A stretch of 64,000 nucleotides of DNA, from assembly GCA_976551045.1 (NCBI GenBank), contig CDPCPM010000180.1:15686001-15750000 (forward strand). Reading direction: 5' to 3'. Shown here in pieces: positions 23,871 through 37,082 of the stretch. The notes below the pieces were generated by a model. The model ran no database searches. It had not been told where the DNA came from and was given only the letters and a program-made list of their open reading frames with translations. The DNA is from Glaucostegus cemiculus. Lineage: Eukaryota. The translations under genes were made by a program, and so were the position numbers. Position 1 is the stretch's first letter. The number at the start of each line of letters is the position of its first letter.

Positions 23871-26199
23871 ATGTTAAAGAAGAGAGATCACGAAATTTTC
23901 AGCTAAACTTGAGTTTAGACATTTTTTCTTGATCTAGATTCCACTTGTTTGAATGAAGCAATTAATGTTGTGCTAATTAACTCTTGACAGAATGAATATT
24001 GAGATATTTGGTAAGGATTGAAGGCTCATGCAGAGTAATGGTTAAACATTTTATGGAGTGTGATACTTCAAGTCCCACATGGATCCTGTAAATGCACTTT
24101 CTGGAATATGACAAGTCCGGATTGAATAATACGGATTGTAACATTAGACTGGTGTCCCAATGTTTCTCTGGGATTCAGGGAAGAAGTTTCATGGAATTTT
24201 ACTTTCTTTGAAGTTTGCCATTATAGTCAGAGTGAGAGGTAAGAAGTCAAGGCCTGATCCCACCAGCAAAGGGATAGAAACCCACTATTACAGCCAATCT
24301 TGTTAACATTTATACTCAGTGCATTTTGCTTGCACAGATATTTCTTGTTTGCTGGGTTGCATTGATAACTTCAGTGATGCTGTGCTCAAAATGGGGGATC
24401 TCACTTGAAGGAGGCATGTGCTGAAGAAATGCAGGTCAATTTAAACCCAATTCTTCAGTCACAAAATGGCTGAGAGAAAATCAGTGGTTTTATATTCTGA
24501 TTATTCTAATTTTATGCTCTGCTGTAATCAGTGCACTGAAATTTGGAGTGGGGTATAAAACCAATATTCCAAGAGGGTTTCTGCTCTTCATTAGGTTAAA
24601 ATTACTATCAAGTACACAGCAGGCATTCTCTGATACTCCACAGGGATTATAAAATCAATTAATGTGTCCTAAAATCTGCTAAAATGAACAAAATTGAGAA
24701 AAACTATAAAATAACAAAATAAACATCATTTATTGTCTTATGGTTCTGGGTCATATGCAAATAAAGTCAGGAAATGCAATCTTTTCTTCCTATAAATTAA
24801 ATTTAACTCTATAAATCCTTATAAGGCCAGAAGCACTTCCCATTTTCATACTGTCTTGAAATAATGGCAGTGACTTCTGTATAGGACTAAATAACATTTC
24901 CAAATTTTTCTGAAGTCTCCTTTCAAGCACTGTCAGCACAATGGACACATAAAACTTAATAGGCTCCCATTTGGGCATACCCTTAACATGTTATACACTA
25001 AACAGCGTAGGTCAAATTGTGTCACATAGAGGAGATTAGTGACGATAAAAGGATACTCATGATCAAATTATCCGTGGTATCAAGGGATATGGAGATAAGG
25101 CAGGGATTTGGACTTAGAATAGTAGGTTTTTTTTTTGACTGGCCTGCTTCTGCTCCATTATCTTGTGATCTTGTGATCTTGTGATCTTGTTAATGGGATT
25201 TTGATGGATGAGTAACTGGTTATCTTCCAAAGTATATACTTGTGCAAATATTAAGGGATTAAAGGAAATGAGACCTATGAAGTATTAACTGGAATTGAAA
25301 GGCTATGTAACTATAATATATACTGTATAATGTTCATACCTAACATTAAAAATCTTTTATTTAGGTTTCCAGTAAGGTTTCAAAGAGCCTCTTTATGATC
25401 ATTAAAAACAAGCATGAGACACATTAATCATAAATGGAATTCAGGAAGATAGTTTGCATATCAAACACTCCATCAATAGGCGGTACAATCTACAGCCTCT
25501 GTTCTGACAACACTACTTAATCTCCCAAGTGTATTTCTGATTACTGAAGATAATCAAATATGACTCTGGAGTATCTACCTTTCATCGTCCACTGATGACA
25601 CAGGCATGACCCCCTGATTTCAGTGCTACAGGAACTTTCATGTCCCATCTCAACTAACTTCCATTTTATATCCAGAAAACACACACCCATTCAGGTATTT
25701 ATTAAGTTCTGTTATGAAGGAAATAAGCTAATTAATTCCAGCAGTTTCTGTTCAGGACATTGTTCCACATATCCTTGACTCTTGGAGGGAATTGGAGGTG
25801 TTAGTGATGGTGATGACGGGAGGGCAGAAATAATTTGAACAGACAATTGGTAGATTAAGTATCAACTGTAAATTATTTTTAGTGTGTTGATGAGTGGTTT
25901 AATGAGAATGTGGGGAGAATAAAATGGGATCAGCATAGAATGAGTGTAAATGATCAGCAGAGACTCAATGGGCCGAAGGGGTTGTTTTTGTACTGTTTGA
26001 TGCTATGCCTGTAATTAGCGGCTTTGCCTCAAATGATAATCCTATACTAAACAGAATATTGCTAGACTTCAAGAATAAACAATGCTTTCAAAAGGTGCAA
26101 ATTTCCATAAGAATTTTACATAATTCTTGAAAAGATCATAGCCTAAAAAATTGACTGGACTGTATTACTTATGTTACATCAGAGCAATCCGGTCTCTGA

Positions 26200-26425
26200 T
26201 ATCTTCATAGCCCCCTCATCTGCTTGCTACTCTGGATCCCTGTTAAGCCTCAGCCTGCACTGCACTTTCTCTGTAATGTAACACTTTATTCTGTTATTGT
26301 CTTCCCTTGTATTACTTCAATGCACTGATAGAATGAAATGATCTGAATGAATGGCATGCAAAATAAAGTTTTTTACTGTACCTCATGTCATGCGCCAATA
26401 ATAAACTAATTCAAATTCCAATTCC
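26200..26425 (+). mobile_element. LINE 3' UTR fragment (Rex/Babar-type tail)
   Basis: ctgcactgcactttctctgtaa...aaagtttttttactgtacctc...caataataaactaattcaaattccaattc, ending in a poly(A) signal plus microsatellite-like tail. Confidence 0.55.
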
Positions 26426-27079
26426 TCTCCACTTCCAAGGATCTGACTTTGTTCCTGGACACCATATCTTCCTTTGCATCAGGCATAGACTCAATCAAGC
26501 TTTGTTGCAGTAGCCCCACGAACATAATGGTCATTAGCACATATTGCAACAACCATATAGCATGTCTTTTATGGTTCACCACAATTGCTGGACTCTTGTG
26601 TCTAAAACATATTCCTCATTTTGCAAATTTTGACTCAGAATAGTGGTATATTTATATTTTAAAGCCTATTCTTTCTAGAACCTCCTGTTGATAATTATGT
26701 TAAACTTAGCTGTGGAAAATTGCTCATAAGTCCTTTTGAATCATGAAGGTGAAAGCCTCTGTGTTGATAATAATGCATGATCCAAGTGTACATTAGTAAT
26801 AACAGAGAATTAATGCATTAGTATTATGCATTAGCAATAACAGGACATTCATACATGGTCCCAGAATTTTTATGAAGCCTGAAATGGATTAATATATTGA
26901 TGTTAGAGGTTTCTTTCTGGATTGCTAAAATATTTTTAAATCTACAAAGTTATATACACTTGCCTTTCATCCAACTCTACTTTAACAAGGCTCTCTTAAA
27001 AGCAGCATTATGGCATCAGATAGAGATGGCAGAAGTTCAGCTTGGATCAATATGGGAGTGATTGAAAACAGAGGTTCAA

Positions 27080-27210
27080 CTGTTTCAGTCCACATAGCAA
27101 CACTATCCATGGCAAGTTTTACCTGGAAGCTGGGAAGGAGAACCTGTGCTCGTATATCTGGGATTTGGCACCAATAATGGTTGGTTGCATAGATACAGAA
27201 GTTATTATTG
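27080..27210 (+). pseudogene. Possible SGNH-esterase (LINE ORF1) remnant
   Basis: Translates to EPVLVYLGFGTNNG, reminiscent of the PxVVVHxGTND block of CR1/L2 ORF1 esterases. Single motif only. Confidence 0.3.
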
Positions 27211-28049
27211 AAGCTCTACAGCTCTACCTGATGTAGCCATCAGTAGTTGGAATATAGTTTATATATGTCAGGAACACCAGTGATATGCATTCAGACCTGT
27301 CTCTGGCAAGTTCAACCATACTTGGCGCTTACCTGATGACTAATTTCTGGGGAGAAAGTGATCTCTTTGGGGTTGAGAAGTTTCCAATTTGACGTGCCTG
27401 GCTTTAGTGAATTGGAATGAATTGACAGATTTGATAATTTGATACTTGAAATGAGTATGTCTGCATATTTTGATTTAATTCATGTTGCTATGCAATTCTG
27501 CTCATTTCACTGAAGGCAACACAATATTTGGCATTGGATTGATAACCCAAAAGCTTAGCTGTGAAATGGAGATAAATAAATTAGGATATTTTTAGGCTGG
27601 CTGCAGAAAATAGCCATGACAGCTTTGTGTACAAAAATCCAATTCATTTCCTCGTCCATCTTAGAAGAAAGTATGTCACCCTTATTCAGCCATAACTGAT
27701 ACCAGTTCCACACAATGCAGTTGACTCTTACTACACTTTTCAGTCTTGAATCAATTCGCAGATTCAGGAAATACATATGACTTGGTCTACACTGTGAGAA
27801 TATTAACTCTTTAGGTTTGTGCTATTTGGACAAAATCGTTAGATAACAGTGGAATCAGTCATTCCGTAATTGTGCATGCTCTAATACTGTATAATCTTGA
27901 CACACTGAGAAGTTTTCCTGAACATCCAGGAGATGTTTGCACCTTTAGCCTGAGATTCATATTCATTTAAATGTTCCCATTAAAAGGTGTCTGCTGAATG
28001 AGACAATCATTGTTTCCAGAGCTCCAGGGCAAAGAAGGAAATGTTTTTA

Positions 28050-28781
28050 TTCAATGTGGTAAGTTTTATTGGTGGCTCAGATAGAAAGTTCAAAATCCTC
28101 AAAGAATCAATGTCAGCTTTAAGCCTTCTTGAGTTAAAACACTTGCTGTCTATTTTTGTGTCAATTCAGTGGAGAGTATGAACTATGATGCTGTAAATTT
28201 TATGTTCCTCAAAGAATATAATTAAACATCTGAAACTTGCAAGCAAACATTTAAGAAAGTAAGAGGAAATTTACTGAGTGCATGCAGAAAATTGGCTGCT
28301 AAATTAGATGAAATTTTGAAATGTTGGTTAGAGAACAAAAATGTCCAGGACTATGTAAATCTTTGGCACCTCATTTTAAGAGACAGATTATTGGAAATAA
28401 CTTCCAGACAATTTATGAATCTGTTTACTTGATCAAGGAGCCAACGTTGCAGTTCGCAAGGAGTGAGTCTGAATTAATGTTGCTGAATCAAGGTCAGGAG
28501 ACTGAAGAAAATGAAAATGTTCCCAAGGGTTTCACTGAACTTAAAGTAGGTAATCAAGATGTAGAAATTCAACCTCTAAATACTTGAAATATGACAAAGT
28601 GCACAAGTCCAAACTCTGATAGTGTTTAAGAAATCTTAAAAGGCAATTCAACATACCATATGAGTTCATGGCATGTAAGATGACTAAAATTTGGAAGAAA
28701 TTTGATCTAAATGCAATCACTTTGAAAGTGACACGGATGAAAGAGCTGAAGGACATTGAAATGTCTTCACGATAGTACATC
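28050..28781 (+). pseudogene. Fossil Gypsy gag (SCAN-like capsid) and start of protease
   Basis: From 28136: KTLAVYFCVNSVESMNYDAVNFMFLKEYN*TSETCKQTFKKV...KLAAKLDEILKCWLENKNVQDYVNLWHLILRDRLLE, then a frameshift to LPDNL*ICLLDQ. Near 28745-28781, LKDI..TIVH is a degenerate LxDTG..TLV protease motif. Confidence 0.65.
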
Positions 28782-31738
28782 AGAATCAGAATCAGAATCA
28801 GAATCAGTTTTATTGTCACAACCATATATATACATAGTATGCATAGGAGCGAGATACCGTCCTCCTCAGGTGCTCGTCCCATAAAATAACATAACAACCA
28901 ACAGAGACACACATACACACTTGACAGAATAAACATTACAAAACATTAAACATTAAAAGCTAGGGAAGTTAAAATTAAATTAGTACGTAGATTAAATTAA
29001 AAATGGCCAGTAAATAAATAAATAGTTATTAGAGTGAACGTGCTGGTGTTGGGCATTTAAAGTGCTGGTGCATTTCTGTGCACCTAGCATCTCTTAGTGT
29101 TAACAAAGGAAGATGGAGGGATGAGAGAGTTTGCAGTTCTGATGGCTTGCGGAAAGAAGCTATTGTTCAGCCTGGTCGTTCTTGCCCTGATACATTTAAG
29201 CCTTCTCCCCGATGGCAAAATTGTGAAGAGGTGGTGGGAGGGGTGAGAAGGGTCGGCCATTATGCTTTTGGTCTTCCTCACACAACGGTCTTTGTATATG
29301 TCTGCGAGGGATGGAAGCGAGACACCTATGATCCACTCCGCAGCCCTAACTATCTTCTGGAGGGACTTCCGCCCAGCAGCTGAGCAGCTTCCAAACCAAA
29401 CAGTGATACATTGAGTTAGGATGTTCTCAATGGTCCCCCTATAGAAGGTTTTCATGACGGAGGGATGGGGGTACGCCTTCCTCAGTCTCCGCAGGAAGTA
29501 GAGGCGTTTCTGAGCTTTCTTCGTGAGGGCCGTAATGTTAGTGGACCAGGTCAGGTTGTCAGTGATGTGCACCCCCAGGAACTTGGTGCTGCGTACTTGT
29601 TCCACAGCAGACCCGGTGATGGTCAGCGGGGCGTGCACACGGTGACCCCTCCTAAAATCCACTATCATCTCCTTGGTTTTTTCCACATTCAAGGAGAGGT
29701 TGTTGTCATAGCACCACACGGCTAGTTGTTTCACCTCCTCTCTGTAGTCCGACTCATCGTCATTCGTGACAAGACCCACACTGTCGTGTCATCGGCAAAT
29801 TTAACAATGCGGTTGGAGCTGGATCTGGCCTCACAGTTGTGAGTCAAAAAGGTGAACAGGAGCGGACTGAGCACACAACCCTGTGGGGAGCCAGTGCTCA
29901 GTGTGATGGTGCTTGAGGTGTTTTCACCAATTTTGACTGACTGCGGCCTGCAAGTTAGAAAATCCAGTATCCAGTTGCAGAGAGGAGAGCTAATGCCCAT
30001 AGCGTTCAACTTCCTGATTAGCTGTTGCGGGATGATGGTATTGAAAGTGGAGCTGAAGTCGATGAATAGCAGTCGGCAGTATGAATCCTTCTTCTCTAAG
30101 TGATATAGTGCAGAGTGCATGGCAGAGGAGACTGCATCATCGGTGGACCTGTTTGCCCGATAAGCATACTGATGAGGATCCAAGGATGGGGGGAGGATGG
30201 CTCTAATGTGCTTCATAACTAGCCTCTCAAAGCATTTCATGACAATTGGTGTTAGAGCTATGGGACGGTAGTCATTCAGACACATTGGAGGAGACTTCTT
30301 AGGAATAGGTATGATGGTGGCAGATTTTAGGCACTTAGGAACAACAGCCTGCTGTAGGGAGATGTTGAAGATGTCAGCCAGTACATCTTTAAGCTGGTCC
30401 GCACAGTCCCTAAGTATCCGCCCCGGTATGTTATCTGGTCCCGCAGCCTTCCGAGGGTTAACCTGTAAAAGGGCTTTCCCCAGACTGGCTGGGGTGAGTC
30501 TCAAAGCCTATTCTTCTGGCGAAGGCCGGGCTTTTGAGGCAGGTGTATTGTTCATGGCCTCAAACCTTGCATAAAATTCATTCAACTGGTCTGGTAGGGA
30601 TGAGTCACCATCACAAACCTGGGGTGGAGCTTTGTAGTCTGTGATGACCTGGATTCCCTTCCACAGGCACCTCGCATCCCTGTCGTTGGTGAAATTATTA
30701 TTTATCTTTTCTGCGTATTGTCGTTTTGCTTTTTTAATACCCCGAGACAGATCTTTCCTTGCAGACTTCAGAGCTCCCTCATCCCTCGCCCTGAAAGCTG
30801 CATCTCTGGTACGTAGCAGACAGCGAACCTCCCCAGTCATCCAGGGCTTCTGATTTGCCCTCACTGTGATCACTCTGTCCACAGTTGCATCCTCAGTGCA
30901 CTTTCTGATGTAGCATAGCACAGAGTCTGTATACTCTTGGATATCAGTGTGGTTATCCTGAGTGGCTGCCTCTTTGAAGGTGTTCCAGTCCGTAGTTTCC
31001 AGGCAGTCCTGCAGGGCTAAGACTTTTCCTTCAGGCCAAACCCAAGTCAGTCTCTTGACTGGTTTGTCCAGTTTCAACTGAGGTCTATATGCAGGCTTTA
31101 GCAGAATGGAGATGTGATCCGATGAGCCCAGGTGAGGGAGGGGGGATGCTCTGTATGCCTCCTTCACACTGGTGTAAACCTTATCCAGTGTATTATTCTC
31201 TCTGGTCGCAAAGTTTATGTGTGGGTGAAACTTAGGCAGGACTGTCTGTAGATCTGCGTGGTTGAAATCCCCAATACGATGAAGAATGCATCAGGATGAG
31301 CGGTCTGTTGTTTACTGACTGCATCATATAATTCGTTCAGTGCCTCTCTAGCATTGGCATTGGGAGGGATGTACACCACCCCCATTATAATACTTGTGAA
31401 GTCCCTTGGCAGATAGTATGGCCGACACTTTAAGAACAGAGACTCCACTATAGCTGAGCAATGCTTATAGACAACCACAGCATCCTGGCACCATGCCTTG
31501 TTGATGTATACACAGAGACCGCCCCCTCACATTTTGCCAGAAAGCGATACTGTCCTGTCAGCTCTGTGAAGGGAGAGGCCGTCCAACTGTATGGCTGTGT
31601 CCGGAATGTTCTCGTTCAGCCACGTCTCTGTAAAAACCAGGGCACAGCAATCCCTCACCTCCCGCCGAGTAGTCCTCTGTAATCTCAGCTGGTCCAGTTG
31701 TTTATCCAGTGAGCGGACATTTGCCAACAGAATAGATG
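28782..31738 (-). mobile_element. Near-complete Rex1/Babar LINE ORF (endonuclease + RT), inactivated
   Basis: EN motifs ANVRSL, FTETWL, GVVYIPP, SDH. RT motifs [49 protein letters not shown]. Two in-frame stops (31527, 30508) and two frameshifts. AATAAA plus (ATTCTG)n tail at 28782-28813. TSD GTACATC at 28775-28781 and 31739-31745. Confidence 0.93.
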
Positions 31739-32580
31739 GTACATCCCTCCCTGTGCAGGTTCACTCTTTAATGAGATGGAAGTTATTCACAAACAAGAAT
31801 TCTAAGAAGTCACAGTTTGTTTGGCAGGGAAATTTCAGTCACCTATGGTTAATAGAATAGGAGTTCTATTCATACACACTGTTGGAGACTATAATTGGGA
31901 ATGGTATAGACATTGGGCAATGGGGTTCAGAGCTGCAAGAAGAAGAATGGGATTTGTTAGGGTAGAGCCACTGGAAACAGGAATCATTAACAGAGTGACA
32001 CAAAGCTTTTTGTCAGTCAGGAGCAATGGCATTTCAGATAAATGACATATTGGGTTGGTTCCAAGGAGGTAAAATTATGGAGATTGCTAAATAGTATCCC
32101 AAAAAATTACATGCCAATTAATAATTTAATTGCCTCAGGGGAATGAGTAGTATAAGCGAGGACAGCGTGCTGCAATATGTCAATTATAGCTGAGGGTTTT
32201 GCAAAAAACACAGAAAGACCTCATGGACCACTTCAGATCTGGATTTAAAATGGCACTTTATCTAGGACCCCAATATGCTGGAGAAACGTTTTTTAGCTGC
32301 TGATGGAAAAAGTGCTGGAGTTTTTGTGGTAATTTTCCTCTGGCCTGAAGGAGCTATCAATTTTAGGCTGATTGCTTAAGTGTGGTGGCAGATAATGAAC
32401 AGGTTCAAATGCAATGTGATACAAAATAGGGCAGTGCAGCTGGAGTAAGTTATCAGAGGCACAAATATCGAACCTTTGGAATCTAACCACTGGAATCTTG
32501 GAGTCTGGGAGAAATAAAGGCTGCAATCGCTCTATGCAGGTGAGTTTCTGGCCTCACACATGAGGAGCTTTTCCTGAGGG
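31739..32580 (+). pseudogene. Continuation of fossil Gypsy: protease and possible integrase Zn-binding region
   Basis: VHPSL continues across the TSD. TLLETIIGNGI (about 31875-31910) resembles LPVDxILGND. NLGVWEK and SFWPH (about 32495-32560) resemble GHLGxxKT...FFWP. Confidence 0.45.
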
Positions 32581-33644
32581 ATGGAACTACCAAATGTTGC
32601 AGTTTTATCATATTTCCATTTTGGAATCATGTTGCTATGCAAATAGTGACAACAACATCCTGGCTAGAGAGAGGATGATAGGCTAATCACCAGTCAATCA
32701 AACCTGGTGGTGATATAACTGACTGAGATTAATTTTATCTCCCTTACTTAAATGCCTCAATGTCCTGCATTTTTCTGGATATATTTCCATACTTGTGTTG
32801 GGAGATGTGTGGTGGTTTCAGTCATAATCAGGGTTGCCTTGTTCAAACAATGTACTGTCAGATGTCTAACAAACGAACAAAATTATATTGTTTATATTTT
32901 TGGCAATCCAATTTGAAGGCATAATTGATGAACTAATTACAATTTGCTCATGTTCACCCATGCTGCCATTGGATTTGAAGGATTCTTCAGAATTTGAGTT
33001 GACGATGTTCTGCAATGTTTTGAAGTTTCAACTGTACTTGAACCCTGAGATATAGAAAGTGGTCCAAATTTTCCGGGCTTTGGTTGTTGATCTTGGTTAT
33101 TTTTGGGGTGGGGCTGGAGCTGGTGGGGAATGGGCAATGGTAGGGAATAGGGCAGATTAGCAGAGCACCTCTGTTGTCTCGCTAATAAGAGTGAGGTCCA
33201 TTCTCTCCCTTGCTACAATGTAAGAGACAATGATGACTTGGAGCTCAGTCTCCAAATAAGCATGCATGCAGTGTTACCTGTATACTCCTGAGAGGACAAA
33301 TGTTGTACAATTTCTTTTTCATCCTATTTTCTGAATTGCAGTGGGAAGCTTGTTAGAGGTAGGTGCAGTAATTGCAGTGGAAAGACTGAGAAGCCCCAGT
33401 CTTGTGTAACCTCAGTCTACACCACTTGTTACAATTGACAACTTAAGAATTTTGTATAGTACTTAAGTGTGTGAGTGTGCATTTTAGAGCTGAGTCAATC
33501 AAATAGAATGACCTTGATACATTGACCCTCTGGGGCAATGCACATATGGTGAAGTCAGAGAGTGGTGGAATGCATTGAAGCAGAAAAGAGTGGTAAAGAT
33601 AACAAAGGTATAATTATCCTTTTTGATTAAGGGGGCAACAGTAC

Positions 33645-33889
33645 ATTTAAATTTATTTACAGCGTGGTAACAGACCCTTTCGGCCCAACGAGTCCACACC
33701 GCCCATTTTAAACCCCCAAATTAACCTACCCGTACGTCTTTAGAATGTGGGAGGAAACCAGAGCACCCGGAGGAAACCCACACAGACACGGGAGAATGGA
33801 CAAACTCCTTACAGTCAGCGACGGGAATCGAACCCTGATTGCTGGTGCTGTAACAGCATCACGCTAACCGCTGCGCTATCGTGCCGCCC
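33645..33889 (-). mobile_element. Full-length V-SINE (HE1-like, CR1-type tail)
   Basis: Head GGGCGGCACGATAGCGCAGCGGTTAGCG, B box GGTTCGATTCCC (33823-33834), V-core, tail GGGCCGAAAGGGTCTGTTACCACGCTGTA shared with the CR1 3' ends in this window. Confidence 0.9.
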
Positions 33890-34739
33890 TTGTTAATTGG
33901 TACCATGGAAAGTCATTCTCCGATCATAGAAAAAGTCATAGAATCATAGAAAATTTGTGACACAGAAGGGGGCCATTGAGTCCATCATGTCAGTTTCAGT
34001 TGAAGCAGAACAACCAAACTTAATGGTCAACCAGATTTCATCGTAGGGAACTGAAGCCCAACTTACAAATGCAACTGGCAATGATGAAGCAAGGAAGTAC
34101 TGATACCAACTTAGTCAGAAGAATCTGAATGCTATGTTATGATGCTAATGGATAGAAAATAATACCACTTGAATAACATGCAAAATTGTATGTTACCTGT
34201 AGGTGAGAGATGAGTTTCTTACTCAGAGTGGTTATTCAATTCATTTTTCTGCCAACCAATAAAATATTCCTCCAAGGTCACACCATCATCCTTTGTAAGG
34301 AATGAACAGTACAGCTGTTATCAAGAATATACTCAAAGGTAACATCTTTGGCCAACAGAAGTGTTTTCCTCAGCAAAAGTTGGGTGACTGGGGCCTGGAA
34401 ACTGTTAGTTGAAAATGCATGCCTTCTTGGAGAACTCCTGAGTCACTCAGCTTAACTAGTTCTTTGCTGATATTGTTGGCTCTGGCACAATGTTCTATTA
34501 GCTGGCAAAATGCTCCACAAATAAAAGTTTTGTGATTTAGCCATGGTTCTCCAGGCTGTTCACTCAGTGTTGAATCTGACTATTTGAAAAGTCATTTAAA
34601 GGTTACCTGATTTAGGAACAGCCTTTGAAGCTCCCATTCATATGATTTAATGGAATTGGATGAAGCTTGACAAAAGTATATGAGGTAGATCAGTTTATTT
34701 TACAGCAGTCTGTGTGTACATTGAACTATTAATCAAATC

Positions 34740-36725
34740 AGAAGGCCCAGAGAAAGGCCGTGCCACAGGATTATCAGATGTGCAACTCACAAAAGATTGG
34801 TTACTAGAAGAGCATAGAAAGTGTAGGGGTGAAATTAAAAGAAAAATTAAAAAGCAAAGTATGAAAAAGTATTGACATATAAAATCAAAGAATATATGAA
34901 AATGGTTTATCAGTACATAGGAAGCAAGTAGATAACTAAGGAGAGACTAGAGACTATTAGACACCCATAAGTGAAGAAAGATAATGTATAAAGTAAATGA
35001 ATATTTTCCTACTGTCTTCACAGAAGAGGAGAATGGTGCCAAAGTTGTAGCTTGGACAAATGACTATTAAATGTTGGATGAATGGACATAGTAAAGGACA
35101 AATTATGAAGGGATTTAGCATCTTTAAAAAGGGAGACACAAGGGACTGCAGGTGCTGGAATACAGAGCATAAAACCAAACTGCTGGGCGCACTCAGCGAG
35201 TTGAGCAGCATCTGTGAAGAAGGAGAAACTAGAACACCTACAGCACAATTCAGGCCCTTCGGCCCACAAAGCTGTGCCGAACATGTCCCTACACTAGAAA
35301 CTACTAGGCTTACCCATAGTCCTCTATCTTATTTTGCTCCATGTACCTATCCAACAGTCTCTTGAAAGACCCTATCGTATCCACCTCCACAACCCTTTCC
35401 GGCAGCCCATTCCACGCACTCACCACTATAGAACCATAGAACAATACAGCACAAAACAGGCCCCTCGACCCACCAAGTTGTGCCATCCTTCAAAAGTCTC
35501 ACAATCTAACTCTTTCCTCCCACATATCCTACTATTCCACATTCTTCCATGTGCCTATCTAACAATCTCTTGAACCTGTCCAACATATCTGCCTCTACTA
35601 CCACCCCAGGCAGTGCATTCCATGCGCCAACCACTCTCTGGGTGAAAAATTTCCCTCTGACATCTCCCCTAAACTTTCCACCCAATATATTAAAGCCATG
35701 CCCTCTTGTCTTGTGCATCTGTGCTCTGGGAAAGAGGCGCTGGCTGTCAACTCTATCTATTCCTCTCAATATCTTATACACCTGAAAGTCGGCATGCCTT
35801 GATGAGAATTCACAGGGAGCTGTAAAATGGAAAATTGAGAAACTGCAGATGCTGGAATTTGGAGCAAAAAATAAACTGCTGGAGGATCAAGTAGCATCTG
35901 TGGAGAGGTGATCCACAGATGCTGCTTATGCTGCTGAGTTCCTCCAGTGGTTTGTATTTTGAAAAGGGATAAATTGTCAGGCCCAGATGAAATATATACT
36001 AGGTTGTTAAAGGAGTACAAGGAAGAAATTACAGAGGCAATGATTAGAATCTTTCAATCCTCTTTGGCCACAGGAGTGGTGTCAGAGATTTTGACGATAA
36101 CAAATATATTGTTGTTTAAAATGGAGGGAGGGATAAACTATGTACAAATCATTTAGTTTAACTCTGGAGGTGGACAAATTATTAGAATCTATTCCAATGA
36201 ATAATAGAAAAGCACATTTATAAAGGCACCATTATCAGAGGCAGTCAGCACGGATTTGTTAAGGGAAGGTTATGTTTGGATAATTTGACTGCATTTTTTG
36301 AGGAGAAGAGGACAATGTGTTTAATGTGGTCTTCATGGATGTTAGAGTGGTTTGTGACAAGATTCCACAAGGCAAGCTAATCAAAACTGTGAAAGCCATG
36401 GAATTCAAGAGATGGTAGAAAATTGAATCCAAAACTGGGTCACTGGCAGGAAGTAGATAATAATGGTTGGTGGGTCCTTTTGTGACTGAAGATTATTAGC
36501 AGTTGGGTTCCCAGGGTTTGGTAATCTGTTCCCTGCTTTCTGTAATGTATATTAATAGTTCAGATTAAATATAAGGCTCATGATAAAAAAATGTCTGCAG
36601 ACAATATAAATGTGGTTGACAGTGAGGTAGAAAGCTCTAGGCTGCAGGAAGATACAAGCAGGATGGTCAGTTGGCAAGTGGTGTTTAATCCAAAAAAAAT
36701 GTGAGGTAGAGAATTTGGGGCCATG
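34740..36725 (+). mobile_element. Old CR1 ORF2 relic hosting a nested insertion stack (35135-35957)
   Basis: Degenerate DKLSGPDEIYTRLLKE, QHGFVKGRLCL, RLQED blocks on either side of the insertion. Confidence 0.7.
35135..35957. mobile_element. Penelope-derived non-autonomous insert containing two nested CR1 3' fragments
   Basis: PLE-terminal sequence ctgcag(g/a)tgctggaat...actcagc...agcatctgtg at 35135-35230 and 35838-35905, with an inverted copy at 35911-35957. CR1 fragments (minus) at 35231-35427 and 35428-35782. Flanked by tttaaaaaggga (35123-35134) and tttgaaaaggga (35958-35969). Confidence 0.75.
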
Positions 36726-36734
36726 TGACATGGG

Positions 36735-37082
36735 AAAAGATTACCAGGCAGACAAGGTAAAGATTTAAGAATGTGCTCAAAGTCTTCTTCCCACTGACTT
36801 CTGGGAAACATTGGCCTGTGACTGCTTAAAGTGAAGAACAAGCATCTGGGATGGTACTGAGAACCTCAAGGCCATGCATCTGAAGCACACTGAAACCCTG
36901 TGTACGTAGCGGAAGGAATGTGTACCCTACAAATTAGCCACCACTTTGCTCCATTAGCCGACTCTTGTCCCACCTGTGGAAGAGTTTTCAGTTCCTTCAA
37001 TCACTTCATTAGCCACCTAAGAGGTCATAAGACCGACGTGGAAGCCATTTGTGATCCTGAGGGAAGGCTTAAGAGGAAGAAG
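36735..37082 (+). mobile_element. RTE-clade LINE 3' end with C2H2 finger
   Basis: WETLA block followed by CPTCGRVFSSFNHFISHLRGH and a short 3' UTR ending in gaggaagaag. Confidence 0.75.

Noticed and set aside
28321-28587. 88-aa ORF as a novel protein
   Set aside because: Out-of-frame reading of the Gypsy gag fossil.
28781-28808. Short tandem repeats (CAGAAT)n, also (GATAA)n at 19767, (TCTTGTGA)n at 25161 and a 14-bp duplication at 63676, as a CRISPR-like array
   Set aside because: No spacers; these are retroelement tails or slippage duplications in a vertebrate genome.
33820-33889. tRNA gene (A and B boxes)
   Set aside because: It is a SINE head attached to the V-core and tail, with no complete cloverleaf.
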